A DNA stretch of 64,000 nucleotides from Azolla caroliniana (Eukaryota; Plantae; Polypodiophyta), in contig JBHGNT010000020.1 in assembly GCA_043228905.1 (NCBI GenBank), forward strand, positions 1 through 64,000, written 5' to 3'. The position numbers were made by a program, and so were the translations under genes. Positions 1 through 11,249 of this stretch are shown here, piece after piece. The notes below the pieces were generated by a model, which saw nothing but the letters and a program-made list of their open reading frames with translations, searched no databases and was not told the DNA's origin. Position 1 is the stretch's first letter, and every line of letters begins with the position of its first letter.

Positions 1-1340
1 TCTGCGTAATTTGGATTCATCCGGTACCGCCGCTGTGCTACCGGTTTGGCGTCTTTGCTCAAATGTATCTGATGCTGATATAGTTGAGGATCGAGCCCTC
101 GCATATCCTCGTAAGACCAGGCAAACACGTCCCAAAATTCTTTGAGAAGTGTAATCATCGCCGTTTTGTTCTCCGGAGTCATTTCCTTGGCGATGTGCAC
201 CGGTCTCGCCTCTTCTGTAGCTCCTAGATTTACCTCCTCTAGTTGGGATGCTTTAACCCGTTGCGATATGGCCATTGCTCTTTCCAGCGCCTCCTGTGCT
301 TGCCGTAGCTCCCAAATCACTTCTTTATTTGGTTCCTCGTCGGCTCCGTTCGGTGGCAGTATGTATGGTGATACGGCTTTGGCTACGTCGATTTCGAATA
401 GAGGTACGATCTTCGAATTATCCTGCAAGTATTGATCTACCTCTTCTTCTGCTAATCCGTCCAGCATATTGACGCATTCTGCATATAGGGGTGTCAATTC
501 CTTCCCGGTACCCGTCTGTGGTTGTGTCGGTACTCGTACTTTTGCTTTTCCCCGCCGGAAGGTGATTATATTCTTCCTCCAGTTTTGTTTAATGTGCGCC
601 GTTTTCAACCACGGCCGCCTCAACAATAGTGGGTAAGCTCCTTGTGCCTGTAGTTGTAACACTACTGCCGAGATGCGAAATGTGTGGCCGCCGATCGTTA
701 CTTCCAAATCTCGTATCAAGCCGGTCGGTCGCACTGAGCTTGTATCCGCCATCCGCAGCCAAAACGAGCATGGTTCCCACTCTTGGATTCCCAAGGTTTT
801 GCACGTTCGGAGGCTAATCACATTGACGCCGGATCCTCCATCTATTACTATTCCAGGTAACTCCTTTCCCTTCATGATGGCTGTGATCATCGGACTGTTT
901 GTGTCTACTACCGCCGGTCCCTCCTCCGGATTTGAGAAGAATGTTGGAGCTGGTGGTGTTTCTCCTGCTGTCATGCCTGTCTTGAGTCCTTATGTGAATC
1001 TGGGCACTAGTTGCAGGAGTCGTCCTAATGGCAGTGTGATTTAGCATTCCTGCAATGCCTGCCATGTCGCATTTTCGGGCTGACTGCCGCCGGCGAGCTC
1101 TTCGGTATTTTCCTTTTGCTGCGCAAGCTCTGCCATGTTTTGCGCATTCGCCTTTTTTACCCATTCCGTTGCCTGCTTGCGGATGGCCTCTTGCGCCTCC
1201 CATTCCGTCGCCTTACCCTTCGATCTTGTGGTTACCTGTTGCAGGTTTGCGACTTCGGCGACTACCATGTTCACCGCCTATCGTTTATCATAGCTCTTTG
1301 CTGGGCATTGATTACTATAATGTCCTTCTTGTCGGCAATA
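1..1340 (-). pseudogene. pol: degraded pol (zinc knuckle, aspartic protease, linker to RT) of G1
   Basis: ORF pieces 1041-1274 and neighbours align by eye with G2 ORF 28531-29790 (VNMVVAEV..QQVTTR, WQAL.EC). Confidence 0.8.
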
Positions 1341-1688
1341 GTAGCAATATGCTTTCCGGGTAGTGCTGGATTCGGCGTTGTTTCCTGCCCCCAGTGGAGG
1401 ACCTATGGTAACGGTGGGGCTTTGATCCGGTTGGTTGCTTGAGGCGCCCTTCTCCGGTTCCCGTAGGTGACCCCTTTTCTTGAAATGGCGTTTCTTTTTG
1501 TTCCGATACTGTTGACGGGGCTGGTCATCATGTCTGCCGTATGCTTCCCGTCGTTGGTTGTAACCGGGGGATTGGTCCCGATTGTGTCTTTCATACTGTC
1601 TATTATAATCTCGGTATCGATCATATCTATCATACCGGTCATAGTTGTCCCTGTACCGGACATCCTGTGCCGGTCGGTATCGCTCTTC

Positions 1689-2969
1689 TCACCTCCAACG
1701 TTCTTCTTCCTCCTCCTTGGTACTCCGTGGTTCGATTTGCCAAATCGGTGGTGCTTGGCGATTCAACAAAATGTACTCGCACTGCTCCATTGTGTGGTTC
1801 CTAGAATGGCACAGTAGACATTGCGACCGCATGGTACATTCTAGTGCTGAGTGTCCGACATTTAGGCATGTTGTGCATTGAATGGCCTGTCGAAACAAGA
1901 GATCCTCATCGGTAGGTAACACTCGTTGGAGTGCTCCCAATGTTAGCCAAGAGCTTGTTTTCTCCATTTCTCTAACCCGGTCGATGACCTGGTCGACGGT
2001 ACTTGTGCGAAAGTTGATGACTATGCATACCGTACGTAGAGGTTCCCGGAGTGCGGCTAAGAATATAGCCCGTGTTTCTTCCTCCGGAGGTGTTCGGGTA
2101 AGCTGACTGTGGATCCGTTGAAACCGGATGACAAACTGCGGAATGCTCTCCCCAGGGTCCTGCCGGATGGTATAAAATAGGCCCACCATTTCTCTCTGGT
2201 CCACCTCCTTCTGAAAGAAGTGCAAGAATTTAGCTTTCAGGTCCGCAAAGGTGGTGATGGTGCTGGGGTCTTGCGTCCGGTGCCATCTGGCGGCCGGTCC
2301 TTCCAATGTCATGCCGAATTCGGCTATCTTAGATCGTTCCTCTTCGGCTGCGGTTAACCATTGTGACACATGGTTCGCCTCCCATGTTTGTTGAAAAGCG
2401 TGAACATGAGCCTCTGCGTCCGGGTCATCCCTATACTTGGGGTATTGGAACGGCATGTCGTCGTCTGGTGTTGGTGTGTGGGCTAGCGGTGTCGGTGGTC
2501 TTTCCTGCTCTTCCGTCGACGTCGGAGGTTGTTGTTGGTCCTCTGTCGGAGTTGGAGGTCTTTGCCGGTCCTCTGTCGGTGTCAGAGGTCTGTGTTCCTC
2601 CTCCTTCGGTGTTGTCGGCTTCTCCTCCTCGACTTCCGGTGTCGGAGGTCTTTCTTTGTCCTCTTCCGTCTCCGGAGGTTGCTCCATGTCTAGTGCCAGA
2701 GGTTCCCGGTCTGACAATTCTGGTTCCGGTGTCGGTAATGTATCCGACTCCTCGTCCTCCGGTCCTCCTGGGGTGTCGTTACTGCTGCAATAGTTCGTGT
2801 GCGCGCTGTAACCCCCTTCCGAATCCGATTCCAGCGCCGAAAATGCTTCGGATTCACCGTCTCCTCCGGCCAAGGCCTGGAGAAGGTATTCCGCTTCCCG
2901 GAGACTGCTTAAGCCGCTTCCTTCGTCCGAGTAGGCGTTTTGTTGCAGACGGAGCGACTCCTCCGCCAC
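1689..2969 (-). pseudogene. gag: gag of G1 with acidic/Pro-rich N-terminal extension and tandem CCHC knuckles
   Basis: ORF with FQYPKYRDDPDAEAHV, EFGMTLEGPAARW, CTTCLNVGHSALEC and CLLCHSRNHTMEQC; frameshifted downstream. Confidence 0.85.
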
Positions 2970-3142
2970 TTTCCGGATAACTTTTGAGAATGATCGATCC
3001 GATCGGATTTCTTATGTGGCTTGCTGGAAAGCCTCTCGCCGCCTTCGCCGTTCATCAAGTCTTCTTGCTCTCTCCGTAACTGGGTCGTTAGTTGGCCTAG
3101 TCATCCATTCCCGCCGCTGTTCACTGCGATTGTGTAGGAATC

Positions 3143-3152
3143 GTGGTCTCCA
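3143..3152 (-). promoter_or_regulatory. PBS of G1, tRNA-Arg(UCG)-like
   Basis: TGGAGACCAC 5 nt inside the LTR; one mismatch to the recalled Arg(UCG) complement TGGCGACCAC. Confidence 0.6.
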
Positions 3153-3157
3153 AAAAC

Positions 3158-3582
3158 TGTGTTAATCCTTAGGGCCGGACAACAGCCTAACACAGGGTGT
3201 CCACTTAAGACACTTCACCAAAGGGTGTTACGGTGAGATAACTTATGACACAACGTTTAATTGGACCTTAATTGGTTACTTTGCAATACGTCATTAACAC
3301 GCGTAAGATATACAATAAGCACAGAACGGTGAACAATACTCAATGATTAACAAAAGGTTTATATTACTCTCCGTTGATGACTACATTGTAACCGAGCCTT
3401 TATATAGGTCACCGGTGCGAAGTACAAAACGGTGCCAACTGGCACCTATTCGGGATCGGTCCGGATCCGGATCGGCATACCGATTCCGGTCTGTCCGTCT
3501 ACATCTTCTCATATATTAATATATTAATATATTAAGACTAGTAATTACAAAAGATTCCCAAATAACAATTCCCCTTTTCACA
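3158..3582 (-). repeat. 5' LTR of G1
   Basis: TG...CA ends, TATATAA on minus strand near 3400, abuts PBS and interrupts copia gag. Confidence 0.8.
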
Positions 3583-4547
3583 CCCTGGTCTTGGCGTCCT
3601 TAGCTCCTTTGCCGGCCGGGTAACACTTTCGATCCTTGTGCATAGTGCAAGCTTTGCCAGTTCTCCTGACCGGTTTTGCCGGATCCAGATCTGTTCGAAT
3701 CGGCCCGCTTCTTCCAGCACTCGCTTTCTCTGTGGCCCTTTTTGCCACAGTACCAACATTCTGTGGCGGATTTGTCTTGTCGGCCTCTGGCGCCGCCTTG
3801 ACTCCCCTTGCTTGTGGAAGTCCCAGAGTTGTTGTCGACACGTTCTTTGTGGCTTCTTTCCTACTCTTGCCGGCCGCCTCCAATGCGTGCCGACCCACTT
3901 CGTCCCCCACGCCCACGGGGCCTATCTGCCTTCGTGTACAACATCCTGCTGTCCAATTGAGTGGTCCTGGACCCACTCGCGTGGTTTTCTTCGACCATCA
4001 ACATCGATTGCAAGTCGAAGAAGGTCAGTGGTTTCTCCCGGGTGCAGATCGTTGTCCGGATTGGCCCGTACCTTTGCGCTAGACCACCAAGGTAGATTTG
4101 TACCATTTCGTCTTCGTCCACCGTCACGTTGATGGACCCAAGCACATCGCAAATCTTCTTTATTTCTCTGGTGTAGTCCATAACCGACATATCTCTTTGT
4201 CAGATGTTGTTCAACTCTTGCCGGAGCTGCAACTTATGGGCTGTGGTACTTGCGGCGAAAATCTTACGCAGATTTTCCCAGGCCTCCTTCGGCGTCTTTG
4301 CATCCTTGATGTAGCCAAGCATTTGGTCATGCACACAGGGCGCGAGGCAGTATAATACTCGGCTCAGTCCTTGCTCCCATACAGGGAAGTCCTTGTGTCC
4401 AGGCTCTGGTGCTACCTCATTCGTTCCTTCCACGAAACTCCAATACCCATGTCCCAGTAGGTACTGGTGTATTTTGTATGACCAGGACGCGTAGTTGCTC
4501 CGGTCGAGCTTCTCTGTAGGAAGTGAACTCGCCATACCTCTATCCAT
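3583..4547 (-). pseudogene. gag: copia gag of C1 (disrupted)
   Basis: EKLDRSNYASW, AWENLRKIF and CCHC knuckle; stop codon at 4200. Confidence 0.85.
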
Positions 4548-5072
4548 ATTTTTTTATGTCTACTGTTTTGTTCTCACAACCTATAGGGTTTGTCTTGCGA
4601 AAGCAAATGTCGGCTGCAAAGGTCTTCAACCCTCGCGCTTTGATACCATGTGAAGGATTATGTGCGGAAGCATAAGACAACAGCTTGGCTACGTAGCAGC
4701 AGAGAGAGAGAGAGAATAGTACACAGAATACAGAGAGTACTCGGGAGAGACAGAGAGAGCAGAACAATAATCTATTACAAAACAATAATAGTTCTCTGTA
4801 CATGAAACGTGCTAAACCGCACTATTTATACAAGTCCTGAGAGGACTGACAGAAGTTCCGCGTACTTCAATGCTCACTCGAGCGTCTGGCACTGACTACG
4901 AGACTATTAACTACCTAGTAATCTAAGCTATTACTAGGCTTCCGGTTACTGTTGGATCCGACTAACCGGCTCCCTAGCTCACCGGCTCACTGATCCGGCT
5001 CATCCTTCCGGATGCCGATCTTGCTCAGGCTTATTCAGCCGATCCGGATCCAGTTGAGCTTGCCGCTCAACA
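3583..5072 (-). mobile_element. Ty1/copia C1, 5' part (LTR 4649-5072, Met PBS 4637-4648, gag); inserted in 5' LTR of C2
   Basis: TGGTATCAAAGC PBS; LTR start TGTTGAGCGG resembles LTR at 38319; gag pieces 4200-4547 and 3861-4190; CWYCGKKGHRESEC knuckle. Confidence 0.9.
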
Positions 5073-5279
5073 AAGTCTATATCTGCCTTCTCTATCTTCT
5101 GTGTGTATGTTGTTTATTGTTCATAGCCACAAGATCCGAACACACACTTCCGCATAACTGTCGAAATTAACCAACAAGTGGTATCAGAGTTGTGTTCTGC
5201 TGTGCGGTGGCAACTGTATAATAGAAGAAGAAGCTGAAAGAAACGACCAGGTCAGAAACATCAAATCCACAGAAAGAAT

Positions 5280-7363
5280 ATGGCTTCAACATCCGGAACA
5301 AGAGTTGAAATTAGAAAGTTCGATGGCAAAAAATTTGCCTTGTGGAAAGAGATGATGCAGGATGTGTTGATTATACGAAGACAGGTCGAAGCCATTTGGC
5401 ATAACGAAAAGCATGCTTCGATGACAACAAAAGAGTGGAGATCAATGGACGAAATAGCACGCTCCACCATCCGAATGCATATGGTTGAAAACGTCTATTT
5501 CAGCATGGCAAGAGAGACAACAACGTTCTCATTGTGGGAGAAATTAAAGGCCGTATATGAGAAGAAGTCTTCATCTTCAAAAATGATATTGATCAAACAA
5601 TTGTTCAACATGAAGATGAAAGAGACTGATCTGACAACATCCCACATCAACACCTTCAGCTAGGTGTTGTCAAAGCTCTCGTCCCAAGGGATCAACTTCG
5701 AAGAAGAAGTGAAAGCCCTTGCCCTCCTATTGAGCTTGTCGGCAAGTTGGGAGGTATTTTGTACGACATACGCCAATAGCCGACCGATCCTGAATTTGGA
5801 CAAAACAACCGGCCAAGTCCTCATAGAGGACATCAGACACAAATTGATGGGACTATCCATCGACGAGTCAGCAGAAACCCACCACTCGATCGAGTCATTC
5901 GACTGAAAGAACAAGCCGACAGAACCGGTCGACGATATAGTCGATCGAGAACGAGGGGAGACCGACAACGGTCGAAGTCGAAAACGGGCCGAACAAGCGA
6001 GTACTACACACATTGCAGGAAAGCTGGCCACAACATTTCCGACTGCTGGTCAATAAAAAGAAAAGAGAGTGGTCGGCGATCCGAGCGGAATTGGGGATGT
6101 TCCGACTCGGACCACTCTCCAGTCGGCAACCAGATCAATGTTGTTGATACCTGATTCGGAGAAATCCTCTCCCTAGAGGATTTGATGATCGGAGAAGTCC
6201 TCTACAGTGCACGAGATGCACACACGTGACTACTAGACTCTGGTGCCACATTTCACGTGACCCCCAACGTTGAATGGTTCTCGAACTATTCAGCCGACAC
6301 CAACGGCACAATCTAACTGGGAAACGGTCATGAGTGTAAGAGAGTTGGAACTGGGGAGGTTCCCATCAGATTGCCAAATGGCAACACACTAACCTTGCAT
6401 CGAGTTTGGCACGTACCTGATCTAAAGAGGAGTCTAGTCTCCATTGGCATGTTAGCCGAAGACGGGTATCGAACGACTCAACATGAGTTGACATGGGTGA
6501 TCAGCCAGGAAAACCTAAAAATCGGGAGTGGGTACAAGTACAACAATTTGTACCCATTGATGGCGATCAACCCTGAAGGAGCCGTGAACGTAGCCGAGAA
6601 AACCGACCCGAACTTATGGCATGGCCAACTTGGCCACATGTCTCAAGCCGAACTTGATCGGCTGATGTCGGTCGGTTACATCCCGAAACTCCAGGCAAAG
6701 ACGGACTTCTGTGAGCATTGTCGATATGGGAAACAGACCTGAAGTCCGCACTCTCTCCACTACGAGACGGTACGACAACCCCCAGAGCTCGTGCACACAG
6801 ACATATGTCGGCCCATGCTAGAGCGATCACTAGGAGGCTCCTAGTACTTCATCACATTCGTAGATGACTGTACACGGAAAGTTTGGGCATACTCCATCAA
6901 GTCCAAAGATGAAGTGCTCGAGGTCTTCACTTGATGGATATCTAAAGTGGAGAACCGGTCGGAACATAGAGTGAAGACACTCCAATCCAACAACGGAGGT
7001 GAGTACACCTCCAAAGCCTTCAAACAATACTTGTCCGAAAAAGGGATCCGACATCAAAAGACCGTTCCTTACACACCCATGCAGAATGGGGTGGCTGAAC
7101 GGATCAACCGAACGATCCAGGAGAGGGCGACAACAATGCTCCAGCAAGCCGAATTGAAGCTGGAATTCTGGGCCGAGGCATTGCAGACGGCAGTGTACCT
7201 GATAAATCTAGTGCCGTCAAGAGCAATCAGGCTCGAAGTGCCGCAGACATTATGGCCAGGCAAACAACTGACCTACAATAGGCTCCGTATATTCGGATGT
7301 GAAGCCTACGTATTCATCCCTAGGGAAAAAAGGACGAAGTTGGCACCCCATGCAACAAAGTGC
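5280..7363 (+). pseudogene. C2 gag-protease-integrase (many stops)
   Basis: KFDGKKFALW, LDSGATFHV near 6232, LWHGQLGHMS..CEHC, TPMQNGVAER. Confidence 0.9.
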
Positions 7364-7830
7364 TGTTACCGATTAGGAACACTGTCTACAGTCAGTCCTT
7401 CGACCTAGACCTCAAGGTGACTACGTTGCTCGGAATGGTACCGTCGTACCGTAATACGTAATGGGATACTTCCCCGTATCCTAGTAGCGTATAAGGGAGA
7501 CAGCTACAACCGAACTCCTTAGGAAGTGCACTTAGTATCCACACTTACGCCTACACTTTTACGATCATAGTCCACCATAGAGAACAAATAACACAGTAGA
7601 TAAAAAACCACAAATATGCACAGAATTCAGAGAAGATAGTATTCTATTAGAATTATGCTCTATGCATCGTATTACACGCTACCTCTTACAGAGGATTTCT
7701 GCCCTTTATATACACAAGTCTTTTAGCCGTTCATGCTTCCCATGTGAACTGTTACATGCGTTTCTTACGCTCTTACTATATTCTATATTTCTGCGCTTCT
7801 GTTCGTCGGTGACTATTCCGGCAGACAACA
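7364..7830 (-). repeat. 3' LTR of G2
   Basis: TGTTACC...CAACA, direct repeat of 31145-31614. Confidence 0.93.
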
Positions 7831-7832
7831 CC

Positions 7833-7873
7833 TGGCACACCTGTGGGATAGTGCCATGGCACGTCGGACCCAC
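7833..7873 (+). promoter_or_regulatory. antisense bipartite PBS-like site (tRNA-Arg) at the PPT position of G2
   Basis: TGGCACACCTGTGGGA-N15-TCGGACCCAC, 2 nt from the 3' LTR. Confidence 0.7.
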
Positions 7874-8059
7874 CCCTTTAATCTTCCTCCAAAATGGCCC
7901 GGATGTTTGGTTCTGCTCTGATGTCCTGGTCCCGGTACGACGTAGTGTCCGTAGGCGCATCGTTGCGTGGTTCCCTGTCTTGTACTTGCTCGGTGGGGCT
8001 TTCCATGGTGTCACTGTCTTCCTGTGTGGGCGGTCCGGGTTTTGTTGGCTCATCCCGTT

Positions 8060-10649
8060 CTATTGTGACTGGCTCATCGTTGGCGGGCTCTCAGTAGGTT
8101 GAGGCTCCGACCTGTCCGTAACTTCCCCCGTGTTGCCGGCCGTAGTCGTACGCTCCGGTGAATGGGGCGGAGGTTCCTCCTGCTCGGCGATCTCACTTTC
8201 CAGTATCGCGATGGGCTCCGTTCGTTGTTCCGTGCTGCCTCCCGTAGTTGTAATTTCCGGTGACGTGGGCTGAGGTTCCTCTTGGTCAGCAGTATCACTT
8301 ACTGGTATCGCGATGGGTTCCTCGTTTGGTTGCGTGCTGCCGGCTTGCATGATTTGGTGAAACATGTCCTCCTGACTTTCGCCAAAATCGTCTAGTAGCT
8401 GCGTGAGTTCCTCGGAGTGCTGGTTCACTAGTGTGCGATAATCCTGCGCTAGGTCCTCACGTACTACCGCAATGCTTTCCTCATTGAGTTTGTAGAAACC
8501 TCGGCCGTCTTTCCTTCGGTTCTCCCAGTCCGCCCGGTAAGTATGCAACTCCGCCGCTTGTGCAGCCCATGCCATCCAGCCTTTGTCTAGCGCTGCTTGT
8601 AATTGCGCCGTAAACCTCTCCCGATTTGTTTGAAGAAGTATGTGCACGTTGTCGGTTATTGCTTGGCAGCGGTTATGTGCTTCTTCCACGTTTTTCTTGA
8701 GGTTTTCGATTTCTTGTTTACTGATCGCCGCCGCTTCCTCATAATTGCTCCTCATTCCTGCCCATAACTGAGACCCCTTCGAGTGCAATTCCTCCAGCTT
8801 TCCCATTTCATTGTTCAGGTGGATTTCGACCTGATGCTTCACCTCCTGTTCTCGTACAAGCTGCTCGTCGAACCACACTTTCTTCTTTTCCAATAATGCC
8901 TTGAGTCCCGTGATCGTCGTTTTTCGATTTTTTTGCTTCCTCCCATAGTTTGGAGTTTTCTTCTTTCACGCAAGTGTGCTCTGCTGCCTCTGCTTTGAGT
9001 TTCTCTACGAGGGCCTTCACTGCCTTTCGGCCTTTGGCGCGAATGTCCTTTTCTCTATCAGAGGATTGGCGGAGTTCGGAGCGGAGGCAGTCAATCTCGG
9101 ATTCCGCTAGCTGCATGGCCCTCTTTGCTTTTGAGGCAATGGTGGTCTGGGCTTCAACCTCTTCTCTTAGGGATTGGGCCTCGGCGGTGTTGTCTATTGG
9201 TCAAGATGCTTGCTGCGCTGTAGTTGCATTCTGTTCCAACTCCGCGATGCGTTCGTTGGCCTTTTGTAGCTCATCTTGGGTTTGTTTAACTGTTTTCCAG
9301 ACATTTTTGTTTTTAATTGCCATATCCTTGGCGCCAATACTGACCTTAGCCAGTTCCCTATGAACCTCGACAAGGGCCGCGTTTAATGGGGGTAGTTAAA
9401 CTCCCATTCGACGTATCCTGACATTCCATTGTCTGCCTACTTTGGTTAGCGGCCCCTCATCATCGCTTTCCGTCGTTTGTGTTAGCGCGCGCTCAATCAT
9501 TTGTTGTTCCATGTGCTCCTCGGCCATTCGTTGTGAGACTTTTATTTGTTGTATTGCCAAAAATTCCATGAGTTCGTAAGTAGGTCCAAACTGTAATAGT
9601 GCGCCGAACTCATGGGTTGTGTCCGGAATGTCCGGATACTTCAGGACCTCGCTTTCCGCCGTAAATACACCTTTCCCCCGCTGTGACTAGGTCGTAATGA
9701 TCGGCTGTGGTTCCCGGATTATTTCGAAAGTGGTGTTGGGCTCCGTAGCTACGGAACTGTCGACCACGACAATCGTCTTTGTGGCCGCGAGTGTGTCTTT
9801 AACTAATCCGTGCCCATCTTTCTTGTCTAGTCTTCGCCGTTTCGGCCTTGGGCTTCCCTGACGTTGCTCGGCTTCCTGCTCCTGCGGGGCTTCCTCCCTG
9901 CGCTCCGGCCATTCTTCTTGTGTTGTCCGCGTGCTAGGCTGGGCCGATTGCGGTTCATCCTCCCATTTTGTGGTGGCTAACTCCGCTAACCTCCGTTTTG
10001 CGGAACGTGGCGGTGGCGTGGGATTGCTGGGCTGTGGTGTGGGCAGACCTCAGGGTGGGAATAGTATCGTCAGATATTGTTGTATGAATGGCCTTAGCTT
10101 GCCGCCTTGATACGCGTGTAGGCCTTCATGTAACACTGGTCCCGTAATGAACCCCCAATCGACCGCGAGCCCTTCGAAGGTATCAATGATGATGCCTACC
10201 TTCTGCTTTGGCATCCCATAGGCATTTACATGCATGCATCCAACCTCCAACAAGAAGGGGGTCGGGGATTTCCTTCGTCTCATAGGCATTTACATGCATA
10301 CATCCAACCTCCAACAAGAAGGGGGTCGGGCATTTACATCCCCGACCCCCTTCTTTCACGAAAGAAGGGGGTCGGGGATTTCCTTCGTCTTGTATGCCTT
10401 GGCGGATGTCGAATATGCCCTGAAATATCTCTGCAAGGTTTCTACAAGAGGAATTTCGAAATGTCTTTCTCTAAGCGATGACAGGTCAAGCTTCTTCCAG
10501 ATGGATGAGTTGGTGACCGTGTCGATATTGAGTTTCTTGACGATGTCCAGGGCTTCAGGGTGAGCGGGTGCCTCAACGACTTTGATGTATCCATCCAGAT
10601 GCTTTTCGACGAGTCATCTACGCAAGGTGACAGAAATAATGATCGACAT
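8060..10649 (-). pseudogene. extra 3' ORF of G2 (long coiled-coil-like protein, function unknown), disrupted
   Basis: collinear pieces 10050-10289, 8808-9116 and 8060-8893 joined by open frames with isolated stops; E/K/Q/A-rich; same sense as gag-pol, between IN and 3' LTR. Confidence 0.7.
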
Positions 10650-11239
10650 CGTAGGAGGGTGAGACTCGTGGATAGTGGGTGAGGTATGCTGGCTATGGCG
10701 AACTTGGGCTCCGTGGTAGGATGGAGAGGAAGGTGAGTGAGGGGAGCAATGAGAGCGATGAGTGTTATCGTATGAGATGTACGGGTGATTGATAAGTGAG
10801 GGTGAAAGATGTAATGTATGTGTAATCTTATACGATTATGAGTGTGAATGTAAGTGTGAGTGTGGTAGATACAAAGAGGTGTGAGTGAGTGACTAGGTGT
10901 GAATGCCAAGGGGGCTTGCACCCTTGTGGATCTACCCCCCTTCGTACCTATTTAACCCCTTATGGGGAATGAATGAATACAACAATAACCATTTCTCTCT
11001 CAATCTCTCTCTTGTTATCTCTTTGTCTCTCTCTCTCTCTTCCCTCCCCTTAACGTTGAACCCCCAGAATGGCTCCACCCCCCACCCCACAATGCTTCTC
11101 AATGCTTTTCTTGCATTTTCATGATCTCTCACCATCATACCATTCATCATCTCCACCATTACACCATGTCTATCTTCATCATCAATCATCATTATTATCA
11201 TTCTCATTAACCCTAACCCTAAAAACCTACAACACCATT

Positions 11240-11249
11240 TGGCGACCAC
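11240..11249 (+). promoter_or_regulatory. PBS of the non-autonomous element, tRNA-Arg(UCG)-like
   Basis: TGGCGACCAC 5 nt after the LTR. Confidence 0.75.

Larger units (their letters stand above)
1..3582 (-). mobile_element. Ty3/gypsy non-chromovirus element G1, 5' part (runs off left edge); inserted in gag of copia C1
   Basis: 5' LTR 3158-3582 (TGTG...CACA), PBS, gag 2969-1689, protease motif DGGSGVNV near 830, start of RT region toward position 1; homologous to G2/G3. Confidence 0.9.

Noticed and set aside
7833-7873. tRNA gene or SINE
   Set aside because: Only the 3' third is tRNA-like; no D-arm, anticodon arm or A box.
11208-11222. Telomere-like AACCCTAACCCTAA
   Set aside because: Only two units within an LTR (telo-box-like), not a telomeric array.
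10763-11234. Retrozyme (hammerhead in LTR)
   Set aside because: No CTGANGA...GAAA core seen in the LTR.
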